Shown: one piece after another, positions 27,341 to 36,903 of the stretch
How positions within the stretch are numbered: the stretch's first letter is position 1
Layout: each line of letters begins with the position of its first letter
DNA from: an uncultured Desulfobacteraceae bacterium
Lineage (GTDB): Bacteria; Desulfobacterota; Desulfobacteria; Desulfobacterales; Desulfatirhabdiaceae
Assembly: GCA_903953895.1 (NCBI GenBank)
Contig: CAJBLH010000162.1
Coordinates: 939-64,938 of the forward strand
Length of the DNA: 64,000 nucleotides
Reading direction: 5' to 3'
The notes under the pieces: model-generated
What the model was told of the DNA's origin: nothing
The model's database searches: none
The model's input: only the letters and a program-made list of their open reading frames with translations
Program-made: the position numbers and the translations under genes

Positions 27341-29173
27341 ATGACCCCCCTTGTGTATTCGGGAATTTCACTTGTCCTTTGTCTGATTTTCACGCCCTTG
27401 GTGCGGCAAATTGCTCTGAAAAAAGGCTGGATGGCCCGCCCGACAGCAGACCGTTGGCACAGCAAACCAACAGCGCTGTTTGGAGGGGTCGCCATTTACC
27501 TGGCGGCGGCTATTCCCTTGTTTGTCATTTCAGATTTCCGCGCTGCACTTCTTCTTCTGACAGATCCGACGAAAAACGCCGTGCTGTCTGCTTTTACTCC
27601 CGGCTTTTGCATTGGCATCACACTGATATTTCTACTGGGATTCGTGGATGACGCGATCCGGTTAAAACCTCAGAGCAAGTTGCTGGGTCAGATTCTGGTG
27701 GCTTCCCTGATCGCCTTTCTGGGCTTCAGGCTTCAGTGGGTAACTTCGCTGACACTGGATACCCTGATGACCATTTTCTGGATTGTTGGAATTACCAATG
27801 CGTTCAACCTGATCGACAATATGGATGGACTTTGCGCCGGAACCGGTACGATTGCCGCCATATTCCTGGCAATCATCTTGTCGGGAACCTGCCCTGAACA
27901 TGCCCGATGCGCCGCCATTCTGGCGGGCGCCACGGCAGCGTTTCTCGTATATAATTTCAAACCGGCCTCCATTTTCATGGGTGATTGCGGTTCTCTGACA
28001 ATTGGTTTTGGGATTTCGCTGCTCAGTCTCGGCCTGACCGGAATGAGCGCCGGCAACACCGTGGTTTCCATTGCGGTTCCGGTCATGATCGCGATGGTTC
28101 CCATTCTTGATACCACAATGGTGACGCTGGTCAGGCTTCTCAGTGGGAGAAAGGCTTCGACCGGCGGCAAGGATCATACATCCCATCGCCTGGTTTTGAT
28201 GGGTTTCAGTGAAAAAAAAGCCGTTTTGTTTTTATACTGCGTCGGCGTGGTGTCCGGAACAGCCGCCGTTTTCGTCAGCACAAGCGATACATTCACATCC
28301 CCGTCTGTCATTATTCCGCTGATGCTGTCGATTCTGCTCATGGGGATTTATCTGTCTCAACTACGCGTCTATCCTGAAAAAGAATTCTCCGTGCTTCGGG
28401 ATCGCACGTTTACCCCGATTCTGATCGAGCTTACCTATAAAAAACAGATCGTTCTGGTGATTCTCGATTTTTGTCTCATTGCCTTTTCCTATTATCTTTC
28501 CTACCGGCTCAGATTTGATTCATCCCAATTTCCTTTTTATTTCAAAGTGTTTTTGAAATCTTTGCCGGCGGTGATCGCCTGTAAGCTTGTGGCGTTTTTC
28601 TTAATAGGGGTATACCGGAGCATCTGGGGATATTTGAGTTCCAACGATATTGCGGTTTATCTGAAGGCATCCACACTTGCTTCATTTCTCTCAATTGCGG
28701 CAGTTACCTTTGTGTACCGGTTCGAAGATTTTTCAAAAGGTATTTTTCTCATGGACTGGTTGATCACCACCGGCGCCATCCTGGGTACCCGCGGGTTTTT
28801 CAGGCTGACCGGGGACGCCATGAAACGAAATGCGCTTTCCGGTGAACAGGTTTTGATCTATGGGGCGGGAAGAGGGGGCGAAATATTGTTGCGGGAAATC
28901 CTCCACAATAAACGACTGAAGATTAAACCCGTTGGATTTATCGATGATGATCCGCTTAAGATCGGGAAAAAACTTCAAGGATATTCAGTTATGGGTACAT
29001 TTGACGATCTGCAGGCCCTGGTTCAGCAGAAATCGGTTACCAGCTTGCTCATTTCGTTTAGAGAGAATGACCCGGCCCGGATGGACGCCATCCGTACTTT
29101 CTGCAAAAACCATCATCTGAACTTGAAGCATTTCTCCATTCACATTGAAACCGTTGATCCTGACGCACCATGA
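27341..29173 (+). CDS. glycosyltransferase family 4 (MraY/WecA-type polyprenyl-phosphate sugar-1-P transferase) fused to a CapD/WbaP-type N-terminal membrane + CoA-binding-like module
   Basis: The N-terminal half carries FVDD...NAFNLIDNMDGL. The C-terminal half has 4 further helices, then VLIYGAGRGGEILLREI...VGFIDDDPLKIGKKLQGYSVMG. Confidence 0.8.
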   Translation: MTPLVYSGISLVLCLIFTPLVRQIALKKGWMARPTADRWHSKPTALFGGVAIYLAAAIPLFVISDFRAALLLLTDPTKNAVLSAFTPGFCIGITLIFLLGFVDDAIRLKPQSKLLGQILVASLIAFLGFRLQWVTSLTLDTLMTIFWIVGITNAFNLIDNMDGLCAGTGTIAAIFLAIILSGTCPEHARCAAILAGATAAFLVYNFKPASIFMGDCGSLTIGFGISLLSLGLTGMSAGNTVVSIAVPVMIAMVPILDTTMVTLVRLLSGRKASTGGKDHTSHRLVLMGFSEKKAVLFLYCVGVVSGTAAVFVSTSDTFTSPSVIIPLMLSILLMGIYLSQLRVYPEKEFSVLRDRTFTPILIELTYKKQIVLVILDFCLIAFSYYLSYRLRFDSSQFPFYFKVFLKSLPAVIACKLVAFFLIGVYRSIWGYLSSNDIAVYLKASTLASFLSIAAVTFVYRFEDFSKGIFLMDWLITTGAILGTRGFFRLTGDAMKRNALSGEQVLIYGAGRGGEILLREILHNKRLKIKPVGFIDDDPLKIGKKLQGYSVMGTFDDLQALVQQKSVTSLLISFRENDPARMDAIRTFCKNHHLNLKHFSIHIETVDPDAP

Positions 29174-30171
29174 ATATTTTGGGTATTGAAACATCCTGCG
29201 ATGAAACCGCGGCTGCTGTCGTCAGCGGGGGGCATATCGTCCGTTCGTCGGTGGTGGCTTCCCAGACAGATTTCCACCATCCTTATGGCGGCGTTGTTCC
29301 GGAACTGGCTTCGCGCAAACACCTTGAAGCCATTTCCTCGGTGGTTTCCACTGCAATCGAACGCTCAGGGATTCCGGAAAATCAGATCGATGCCGTTGCC
29401 GTGACTCAGGGCCCCGGTCTGGTCGGAGCGCTGCTGGTTGGGTTTTCTTTTGCCAAGGCCCATGCCTACGCGCGAAACATCCCCTGCGTGGGCGTGAATC
29501 ATCTTGAAGGGCATATTCACTCCGTGTTTCTGGAGCCGGACCGTCCGGAGTTTCCTTTTGTCGCATTGCTGGTTTCCGGAGGGCATACCGGCATTTATCA
29601 TGTAACGTCTCATACGGACTGTAAATTGCTGGGTCAGACGCGTGATGACGCTGCCGGAGAGGCTTTCGACAAAGTGGCCAAAATGCTGGGTCTGGGTTAT
29701 CCGGGTGGGGTTGCGATCGAAGAAATATCCAGGAAAGGGGATTTCTCCCGCATCCGATTTCCCAGGCCCTACCTGGATAAGGCGGATTCGGATTTCAGCT
29801 TCAGCGGACTGAAATCAGCGGTTCGGCGGTATGCCGAGACCCACGATATCACAGAAAATATTCCAGATATTGTGGCTGGGTTTCAGGAAGCTGTGGTGGA
29901 TGTGCTGACATTTAAACTGGCTCAGGCCGCCATATCCAGTCAGTGCACTCGGATAGCAGTTGTGGGGGGGGTGGCGGCCAATTCCCGTTTGCGGGAAAAG
30001 GTTAAGGCATCTGCAGCCGAAAAGGGATTTTCGGTGTTTATTCCATCGTTGGAATACTGCGGAGACAACGCCGCCATGATTGCTGCGGCCGGTTATCATG
30101 ATCTTCGGGCCGGCCATATCTGCTGCCTGACCGATGATGTGTATTCAAAAGTGCGACTCAGGCAGGTTTGA
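29170..30171 (+). CDS. tsaD: tRNA N6-adenosine threonylcarbamoyltransferase
   Basis: ILGIETSCDETAAAV, HLEGH and GGVAAN motifs, with an ATGA overlap with the upstream gene. Confidence 0.95.
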   Translation: MNILGIETSCDETAAAVVSGGHIVRSSVVASQTDFHHPYGGVVPELASRKHLEAISSVVSTAIERSGIPENQIDAVAVTQGPGLVGALLVGFSFAKAHAYARNIPCVGVNHLEGHIHSVFLEPDRPEFPFVALLVSGGHTGIYHVTSHTDCKLLGQTRDDAAGEAFDKVAKMLGLGYPGGVAIEEISRKGDFSRIRFPRPYLDKADSDFSFSGLKSAVRRYAETHDITENIPDIVAGFQEAVVDVLTFKLAQAAISSQCTRIAVVGGVAANSRLREKVKASAAEKGFSVFIPSLEYCGDNAAMIAAAGYHDLRAGHICCLTDDVYSKVRLRQV

Positions 30172-30172
30172 A

Positions 30173-30221
30173 GTTCCCTGTTCCTAATCTTGAAAGATAT
30201 ATAATCAGGTACAGGGAACTC
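30173..30221. terminator. 10-bp inverted repeat agttccctgt / acagggaact with 29-nt loop between convergent tsaD and ferredoxin
   Basis: The arms are perfectly complementary at 30173-30182 and 30212-30221. Confidence 0.4.
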
Positions 30222-30227
30222 TCTTGA

Positions 30228-30416
30228 TCAGGTTTCTTCGACGGTGATTGCGCCGGGTTCACAAACTTCAACGCAGCTTTCACAGCCAAGACACTCTTCT
30301 GCATTAACAGGGGATGATTTACCATCTACCATTTCAAATACTTCTACAGGGCAAACATCCACGCATTCTTCACAGCCTTCACATTTGTCTTCATCTACAA
30401 CTGGGTTAAAAGCCAT
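30228..30416 (-). CDS. 2x[4Fe-4S] ferredoxin (62 aa)
   Basis: Two cluster motifs, CEGCEECVDVCP and CLGCESCVEVCEP. Confidence 0.9.
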   Translation of the reverse strand: MAFNPVVDEDKCEGCEECVDVCPVEVFEMVDGKSSPVNAEECLGCESCVEVCEPGAITVEET

Positions 30417-30586
30417 TTAACAAGCCTCCTTTCTTCAGGGAATTAACGGTGAAAAATTTCACCACATATTTTCAATCTATCGGGCAAACTCCTTATATCA
30501 ATTATCCAGGGGAGTCAAGCAATGAAATTATTTTTTCAGAAATGATGATAAAGTTTTTCTTGAAAAAGCCGCGGGTACGAATTCCA

Positions 30587-31111
30587 TCAATAATGCATAT
30601 CCGCATATTCCACCCATCCGCCTGCCATGACCAGGGCCAGGTTGAACCCGGATAGAGAAAAAGAGCGGGTATGGGTGCGATTTTCATTTTTTAGAATAAA
30701 ACGCTTTTTATCGAATTCCGTGATCAAGTGTGTCTTGGTTCCTGCGTAGGTGGAAAATATCTCGTTTAGAGTCTCTTCAGGAAGTTCAATGGCCATCATG
30801 CCGCAGTTAAACATGTTCTGCTTGAAAATTCTGGCAAAGCTCTCTGCAATCACCAGATGAATGCCGTTTGTCTCAAGCGCCCAGGGGGCATGTTCCCTGG
30901 AAGAACCACAGCCGAAATTGGTGCGGGTGATAATCACCGATTTCCCATGAAGATCGGTTGCAGGGTTGAAGCCCTCCAGGGTGAGATCCTCGAGAAGAAA
31001 GGGTTGAAGCGCCTCTCTGGTGTTTTCGGTTAAATATCTGGCAGGAATGATTTCATCTGTATTGATGTCCGAGCGATCCAGAAAAAGAACTTGTCCGCTG
31101 AATTGTTTCAT
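30587..31111 (-). CDS. leuD: 3-isopropylmalate (or homoaconitate) dehydratase small subunit, archaeal-type
   Basis: DINTDEIIPARYL and GCGSSREHAPWAL motifs. Confidence 0.85.
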   Translation of the reverse strand: MKQFSGQVLFLDRSDINTDEIIPARYLTENTREALQPFLLEDLTLEGFNPATDLHGKSVIITRTNFGCGSSREHAPWALETNGIHLVIAESFARIFKQNMFNCGMMAIELPEETLNEIFSTYAGTKTHLITEFDKKRFILKNENRTHTRSFSLSGFNLALVMAGGWVEYADMHY

Positions 31112-31158
31112 ATATCGTCCGTTTGTTTATGCGGGTTTTCGGTTAAGGAAACATGAGA

Positions 31159-32436
31159 TCAAGGGATCCATGGCGCAATATGTCCGGCCAGTGCTGTGGC
31201 GGCGGCGGTGGCTGGGCTCATCAGATGCACCATGCCGCCTTTTCCCATTCTGCCGTTAAAGTTGCGGTTTGTGGTGGACGCGCAGACCTCCCCTTCCGCA
31301 AGGACCCCATTGCTCATTCCCAGGCAGGCTCCGCAAGTGGGATTGGTGACGCAGAACCCGGCATCCAGAAAGGTCTGGAGGATGCCTTCCTCAAGGGCCT
31401 GCTGAAAAATCTTAGGCGTTGCAGGCGATACGATACCCCGAACCTTGTCATTGATTCGCTGACCCCTCAGCACCTGAGCGGCAATTCGCAGATCTTCCAT
31501 TCTGCCATTTGTGCAGGAACCGATATATACCTGATCTACGCACGTCCCCATAAGGTTTCGCGCAGCGGTAATCTGGTCGGGCTTATAACCGAATGTGACC
31601 TGGGGTTCCAATGCCGATACGTCATGATATAGAATGTCCTCATAGTCGGCGTCTTCATCCGGAAGAATTTTGGAAAAATCATCCAGGGCCTCATCCGGGC
31701 TGCCGTAATCATCTTTAATGAATTCCCATAAATAAGAGACGGTGGTGCTGTCCGGGCAGCAGATGCCACAGGTGGCTCCGGCTTCGACCGCCATGTTGCA
31801 GATCGTCATCCTGCCTTCCATGCTCAGGGCATCGATGACAGGGCCGGCAAATTCAATGATTTTATTGGTGGCCCCATTCACTCCGATGCATCCGATGACC
31901 GACAGGATCACATCTTTGGCATAGACGCCTTCAGGCAGATTTCCAGTGATGATGATCTTGATGGAGTGGGGTTCGTGAAAGGCGCAGACACCTTTTAGAA
32001 TGCCCACTTCCAGATCTGTTGTTCCCACGCCTGCGGCAAAGGCGCCAAAAGCACCATGCGTACAGGTGTGAGAATCGCCCATAATGATGGTATAGCCTGG
32101 CCGGACAAAACCTTTTTCAGGGAAAAGCGCATGACAGACGCCGTTTCTGCCGATATCGAAAAAATCCCGGATGCGATGCCGTCTGGCCCACTCCCGTAGA
32201 ATCTTGCCCTGAAGCGCAGTTTTGGCGTCTTTGGCAGGGGTGACGTGGTCGATGACGACTTTGAGCTTGGATGGGTTGAACACCCGGTCTTTGCCGCGGG
32301 ATATCAAATCATTTATGGCAATGGGGGTGGTAATCTCATGGCAGAAAACAGCATCCAGCCGGAGGACATGAATATCATCAAAAGGGTTGCTCACCCGATG
32401 AGCATCGAATATTTTCTCTGCTACAGTTCTTCCCAC
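31159..32436 (-). CDS. leuC: 3-isopropylmalate dehydratase large subunit, archaeal-type (~425 aa)
   Basis: GDSHTCTHGAFG, IGSCTNGRMEDL and the cluster-ligand region NPTCGACLG. Confidence 0.9.
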   Translation of the reverse strand: MGRTVAEKIFDAHRVSNPFDDIHVLRLDAVFCHEITTPIAINDLISRGKDRVFNPSKLKVVIDHVTPAKDAKTALQGKILREWARRHRIRDFFDIGRNGVCHALFPEKGFVRPGYTIIMGDSHTCTHGAFGAFAAGVGTTDLEVGILKGVCAFHEPHSIKIIITGNLPEGVYAKDVILSVIGCIGVNGATNKIIEFAGPVIDALSMEGRMTICNMAVEAGATCGICCPDSTTVSYLWEFIKDDYGSPDEALDDFSKILPDEDADYEDILYHDVSALEPQVTFGYKPDQITAARNLMGTCVDQVYIGSCTNGRMEDLRIAAQVLRGQRINDKVRGIVSPATPKIFQQALEEGILQTFLDAGFCVTNPTCGACLGMSNGVLAEGEVCASTTNRNFNGRMGKGGMVHLMSPATAAATALAGHIAPWIP

Positions 32437-32503
32437 TTGTTTCTCTCCATTTTTAAATAGGGGGCAGGGTTGAATCTGATTCCTGCCCTTCGTATTCCGC
32501 CCT

Positions 32504-34309
32504 CTAATCCGTATCCGTCTTTAATACTGCCAGAAATGCCGATTGCGGAATCATGACTTTGCCCACCATCTTCATTCTTTTTTTGCCTGCTTTCTGTTTT
32601 TCAAGAAGCTTTCGTTTACGGGAAATATCGCCGCCGTAACATTTAGCGGTAACATCTTTTCGAAAAGCCGATACCGTTGTCCGGGCGATGATCGTTCCGC
32701 CGATGGCGCCCTGAATGGCGATCTTGTACATTTGTTTGGGAATTTCCTCCTGGAGCTTTTCACAGGCCAGTCTTGCCCGCTCAACGGAGCGGTCTTTGTG
32801 AACAAGCTGCGAGAGAGCATCCACCCGTTCGCCGTTGATCAGGATGTCCAGCTTGACGATCTGTGTTTCCCTGAAATCGATCAACTCATAGTCGAACGAA
32901 CCATATCCCTGTGTGACGGATTTGAGCCGATCATAAAAATCATAAACAACCTCCGATAGGGGAAGCTCGAAAAACATTTCCAGACGATTGTTGGACAAAT
33001 ATTGGTAATTGGTATTGATGCCTCTGCGATCCAGGCAAAGTTTCATGACGACCCCCATATACCTGTCCGGAACAATGATGGTGGCGCGAATGAAGGGCTC
33101 ACGGGTGGTCTGTATCGACATGGGATCCGGATAAAGTGCTGGATTGTCGATGATCTGGGTGGCGCCGTCTTTCATGACCAGTTGATATTGAACGGATGGT
33201 GCTGTCAGGATCAGAGACAGGTCGAATTCACGCTCCAGTCTTTCCTGCACCACCTCCAGATGCAGCAGCCCGAGAAAGCCGCACCGAAAACCAAAGCCCA
33301 GAGCGGCGGAAGAATCTTTTTCATACACCAGCGATGCGTCATTGAGCTGAAGTTTTTCGAGCCCTTCCGCCAATTCCGCATAGTTATCGGCGGCGATTGG
33401 ATACAGGGAAGAAAAAACAACCGGTTTAGCCAGCTTGAAACCGGGCTTGGGAAGGTTGCAGGGAGCATGGGCATGGGTGATCGTATCTCCGCAGCGGGTG
33501 TCGCTGACCGTTTTGATGCCGGCAATCAGATAACCGACCTGGCCTGCGGACAGATGCGACTGTGGAACCCGTTTAATCTGAAAAATGCCGACTTCTTCAA
33601 CTTTGTAACGGGAATTGTTGAACATGAACATGATGGTGTCTCCGGTTCGAATCGTTCCCTGAAACACCCGAAAATGGACGATGGTGCCTCGGTAGGCATC
33701 GTAGTGGCTGTCGAAAATGAGTGCTTCAAATCGTTGATCCGGGTCCCCTGTCGGAGGCGGGAGCAGGGTGACAACCCCTTCGAGTACATCCTGTATGCCG
33801 ATGCCTTCCTTGGCCGAGGCCAGAATGATCTTGTCCGGATCCATGCCCAGGTCGGATTCGATCTGATTTTTCACCCACTCGATGTCCGCTGAAGGCAGAT
33901 CGATTTTGTTGATAATGGGGATGATCTCGAGATTATGCTCCATTGCCAGGTAAAGGTTGGCGATGGTTTGGGCTTCCACTCCCTGACTGGCGTCTACCAG
34001 AAGGAGTGCGCCTTCACAGGAGGCCAGGGCCCGGGATACTTCATAGGTAAAATCTACATGTCCAGGTGTGTCGATCAGGTTGAGGTGATAGGTTTTGCCG
34101 TCTTTGGCAATATAAGGGAGACAAACGGTCTGGCTTTTGATGGTAATGCCGCGCTCCCTTTCAATATCCATGGAGTCGAGAATCTGATCTTTGAAATCCC
34201 GATCGGATATGATATGGGTGGCCTGGATCAGCCGATCGGAGAGGGTGGATTTACCATGATCAATGTGGGCAATGATGCTGAAATTCCGGATGGAGCTGAT
34301 GATATTCAT
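32504..34309 (-). CDS. lepA: translation elongation factor 4
   Basis: NFSIIAHIDHGKSTL, DTPGHVDF, NKID and the LepA C-terminal region. Confidence 0.95.
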   Translation of the reverse strand: MNIISSIRNFSIIAHIDHGKSTLSDRLIQATHIISDRDFKDQILDSMDIERERGITIKSQTVCLPYIAKDGKTYHLNLIDTPGHVDFTYEVSRALASCEGALLLVDASQGVEAQTIANLYLAMEHNLEIIPIINKIDLPSADIEWVKNQIESDLGMDPDKIILASAKEGIGIQDVLEGVVTLLPPPTGDPDQRFEALIFDSHYDAYRGTIVHFRVFQGTIRTGDTIMFMFNNSRYKVEEVGIFQIKRVPQSHLSAGQVGYLIAGIKTVSDTRCGDTITHAHAPCNLPKPGFKLAKPVVFSSLYPIAADNYAELAEGLEKLQLNDASLVYEKDSSAALGFGFRCGFLGLLHLEVVQERLEREFDLSLILTAPSVQYQLVMKDGATQIIDNPALYPDPMSIQTTREPFIRATIIVPDRYMGVVMKLCLDRRGINTNYQYLSNNRLEMFFELPLSEVVYDFYDRLKSVTQGYGSFDYELIDFRETQIVKLDILINGERVDALSQLVHKDRSVERARLACEKLQEEIPKQMYKIAIQGAIGGTIIARTTVSAFRKDVTAKCYGGDISRKRKLLEKQKAGKKRMKMVGKVMIPQSAFLAVLKTDTD

Positions 34310-34519
34310 TTGAAATTCGTTTTCTCCCTGACTTTATTCAGAAAAAAGTCAGTTGACACCTGTGTTCATTCAAGTTAACTTAAATAAGATCATAAGAACA
34401 TTGCTTCTTTCTAACAGATTCCTTTGAATGATGTCAACAGTGGGCATGGTTACAGCATTCGAACCGTCATATTTTCCGGATGACGCCTTTTGTATCATGA
34501 GGCCGGACCCTTGGTGACC

Positions 34520-35434
34520 ATGAAGCAGCATATTTTGATTGTTGAAGACGATTTGGCTGTTCGCGATTCCATGGCTGAATTCATAACGTTGAGCGGTTTT
34601 GACTGCCAGGTGGCTCCCAGCGCAGAAGAAGCTATAGAAATGCTTAAAACGCTAGAATTTCAAGTTGTTATAACTGATATAACGATGCCGGGGATGGATG
34701 GGCTTGAACTGACGGATATCATCAAAAAAGATTATGACATCGATGTCATTGTCATGACCGGTTACAGCGGTCAATATTCTTATGAAGAAGCCATTGGAAA
34801 AGGCGCCAGCGATTTCGTATTTAAACCCATCCGGTTTCAGGAATTGGTGCTGCGCCTAAAAAGGGTGTTCAAGGAACGAGAACTCAGGCAGGAACGCAAC
34901 CGCATGATGGCGGATCTTCAGCAGTTGGCCATCACCGATAATCTGACGCAGCTTTATAATTCCAGACATTTTTTTGCGCAGTTGAAGATGGAGGTCGATC
35001 GGGCCAACCGTTACGGGTATTGTCTGGCGCTGTTGCTCCTTGATATCGATTTTTTTAAAAATTATAACGACACATTTGGTCATCTGGAAGGCGACAAGGT
35101 TTTAAGCACCGTTGGACAGATGATTAATACCTGCCTTCGAACCATGGATACGGCTTATCGGTATGGGGGAGAAGAATTCACGGTCATTTTGCCCTATACG
35201 GACGGCAATGAGGCGAAAACCGTGGCTGACAGGATTCAGTATACACTGGAGCACATCACTTTTTGTCCATCCCCGGATCGATCCATTCAGGTTACCCTGA
35301 GTATCGGCGTGACCGAGTATTCTCCAGGAGAAGAACTCAGTTCTTTTGTCAACAGGTCCGACAGGGCCATGTATACTTCTAAAGAAAATGGCCGCAACAG
35401 GGTGTCTTTCCTACCTCCGGATGCATCAATCTGA
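34520..35434 (+). CDS. response regulator receiver - GGDEF diguanylate cyclase
   Basis: ILIVEDDLAV...ITDITMPGMDG and the active site RYGGEEFTVIL. Confidence 0.9.
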   Translation: MKQHILIVEDDLAVRDSMAEFITLSGFDCQVAPSAEEAIEMLKTLEFQVVITDITMPGMDGLELTDIIKKDYDIDVIVMTGYSGQYSYEEAIGKGASDFVFKPIRFQELVLRLKRVFKERELRQERNRMMADLQQLAITDNLTQLYNSRHFFAQLKMEVDRANRYGYCLALLLLDIDFFKNYNDTFGHLEGDKVLSTVGQMINTCLRTMDTAYRYGGEEFTVILPYTDGNEAKTVADRIQYTLEHITFCPSPDRSIQVTLSIGVTEYSPGEELSSFVNRSDRAMYTSKENGRNRVSFLPPDASI

Positions 35435-35440
35435 TTTTCA

Positions 35441-35890
35441 ATGATTTATACCCTTACATCTATAGATGCCTGCTGGGAAAGCTTGCCCTGCAGCCGGCAA
35501 GAGGATTATCTTGTCCAGATACGTGATCTTTACCGGCTGGCAGGCTGGTGGTCCGATCCGGGCGATACCCTAGAAAAGCTTGCCCGGATCATTACCGGAA
35601 GTCATTGCTTTATCGCAGCGGTCCAGCAGGCGCCGGAAGTGATTCTGGGAATGGGGCGAGCCATCAGCGACAAGGCAAGCGATGCATATATTCAGGATGT
35701 GATGGTCAGGCCCGAGTTTCGCAGACAGGCGATTGCCTCTTCCATCCTGAAATGCATCATGGATCGCCTCGATCGTGATAGAATGACCTGGATCGGTCTG
35801 ATAGCCAAAGAAGGCACTATACCGTTTTATGCCGGCCTGGGATTTTCTGAAATCCCGGGTACGATGCCTATGTTGAGAATAAAATGCTGA
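35441..35890 (+). CDS. GNAT family acetyltransferase
   Basis: IQDVMVRPEFRRQAIASSIL motif A and a C-terminal FYAGLGF. Confidence 0.75.
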   Translation: MIYTLTSIDACWESLPCSRQEDYLVQIRDLYRLAGWWSDPGDTLEKLARIITGSHCFIAAVQQAPEVILGMGRAISDKASDAYIQDVMVRPEFRRQAIASSILKCIMDRLDRDRMTWIGLIAKEGTIPFYAGLGFSEIPGTMPMLRIKC

Positions 35891-35935
35891 GAAGATATCG
35901 GCGACAGTGGCGCTGTGAAGGAAAAATCCTGATTT

Positions 35936-36859
35936 ATGAAATTATTGCCCCTACAACCTGACGATTATCCTGTACTGAAGCCTTTTTTTGAACACCAGCA
36001 ATACCGTCTGTGCGTTTATTCCCTGCCATCGCTTCTTTCCTGGATCAATGACGAGTATCAGCCTTTTGGAGCGATTGACGGCGATACGCTGATCGTCGCT
36101 GCAGAATTTAATCGCCATAAAGAAAAACGGCATCTGATCCTGCCCATATCTCCTCAACGGCAATATTCTCCGGAAGCATTGTATGCACTTGCCAGGGAAC
36201 TGGATTACAACGCCTTCTGGTTTGTTCCCGAAGATTATCTTCACCAGTATGAAATCAAGCGGGTGGAAGCCTTGTTTACAGTCCGCGAACAGGAGGAATA
36301 CGATGATTATATATACCGGACATCGGATCTGGCAGAGTTGAAAGGAAACAAGTATTCCAAGAAACGAAACCTCATCAGTCAGTTTTCCAGAGAGTATCTC
36401 GAAAAGGGCCGGGTTCGCATCGATCCCATAACGCGGGAACAGACCCCGGAATGTATCGGTTTTTTGAATGAATGGTGTGAAGAGCGCGGCTGCGATGCCG
36501 GCTTGCAGGAAGACCTGGCCTGTGAACGTCAGGCTGCCGCAAACACCATAGAACATCTCGATGTTTTTTCATCGCAGGGGCTGTTGTTGCGGATCGACGG
36601 AAAGGTCAGCGCTTTTGGTATCGGATCATATCTGACGGCGTCTATGGGTGTATTGCATTTTGAAAAAGCTTTTTCCCGGATAAAAGGGCTTTACCAGTAT
36701 TTCGACAGCCAGTGCGCCCGTCTTTTGTTTAAGGGTTACGTGTTCATCAACAAGGAAAGTGACATGAACGTTCCAGGCCTTGCCAAGGCCAAACGGTCCT
36801 ATTATCCGGTGATGCGGATAAAGTCTTATGAACTCGTACTTAAAAAAACACCCGGCTGA
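35936..36859 (+). CDS. DUF2156 protein (stand-alone homologue of the MprF/LysX C-terminal aminoacyl-phosphatidylglycerol synthase domain)
   Basis: GNKYSKKRNLISQF, VLHFEKA and NKESDMNVPGLAKAKRSYYP resemble DUF2156 signature segments. Confidence 0.7.
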   Translation: MKLLPLQPDDYPVLKPFFEHQQYRLCVYSLPSLLSWINDEYQPFGAIDGDTLIVAAEFNRHKEKRHLILPISPQRQYSPEALYALARELDYNAFWFVPEDYLHQYEIKRVEALFTVREQEEYDDYIYRTSDLAELKGNKYSKKRNLISQFSREYLEKGRVRIDPITREQTPECIGFLNEWCEERGCDAGLQEDLACERQAAANTIEHLDVFSSQGLLLRIDGKVSAFGIGSYLTASMGVLHFEKAFSRIKGLYQYFDSQCARLLFKGYVFINKESDMNVPGLAKAKRSYYPVMRIKSYELVLKKTPG

Positions 36860-36903
36860 AATTCAGAAACGGCAGACTGTTTTTCTGTACTTATATTTGC
36901 GCG

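Noticed and set aside
30185-30205. taatcttgaaagatatat resembling the MITE terminal inverted repeat
   Set aside because: Only ~10 nt (atcttgaaag) match and no element core follows. It lies inside the loop of the tsaD/ferredoxin hairpin and is probably coincidental.
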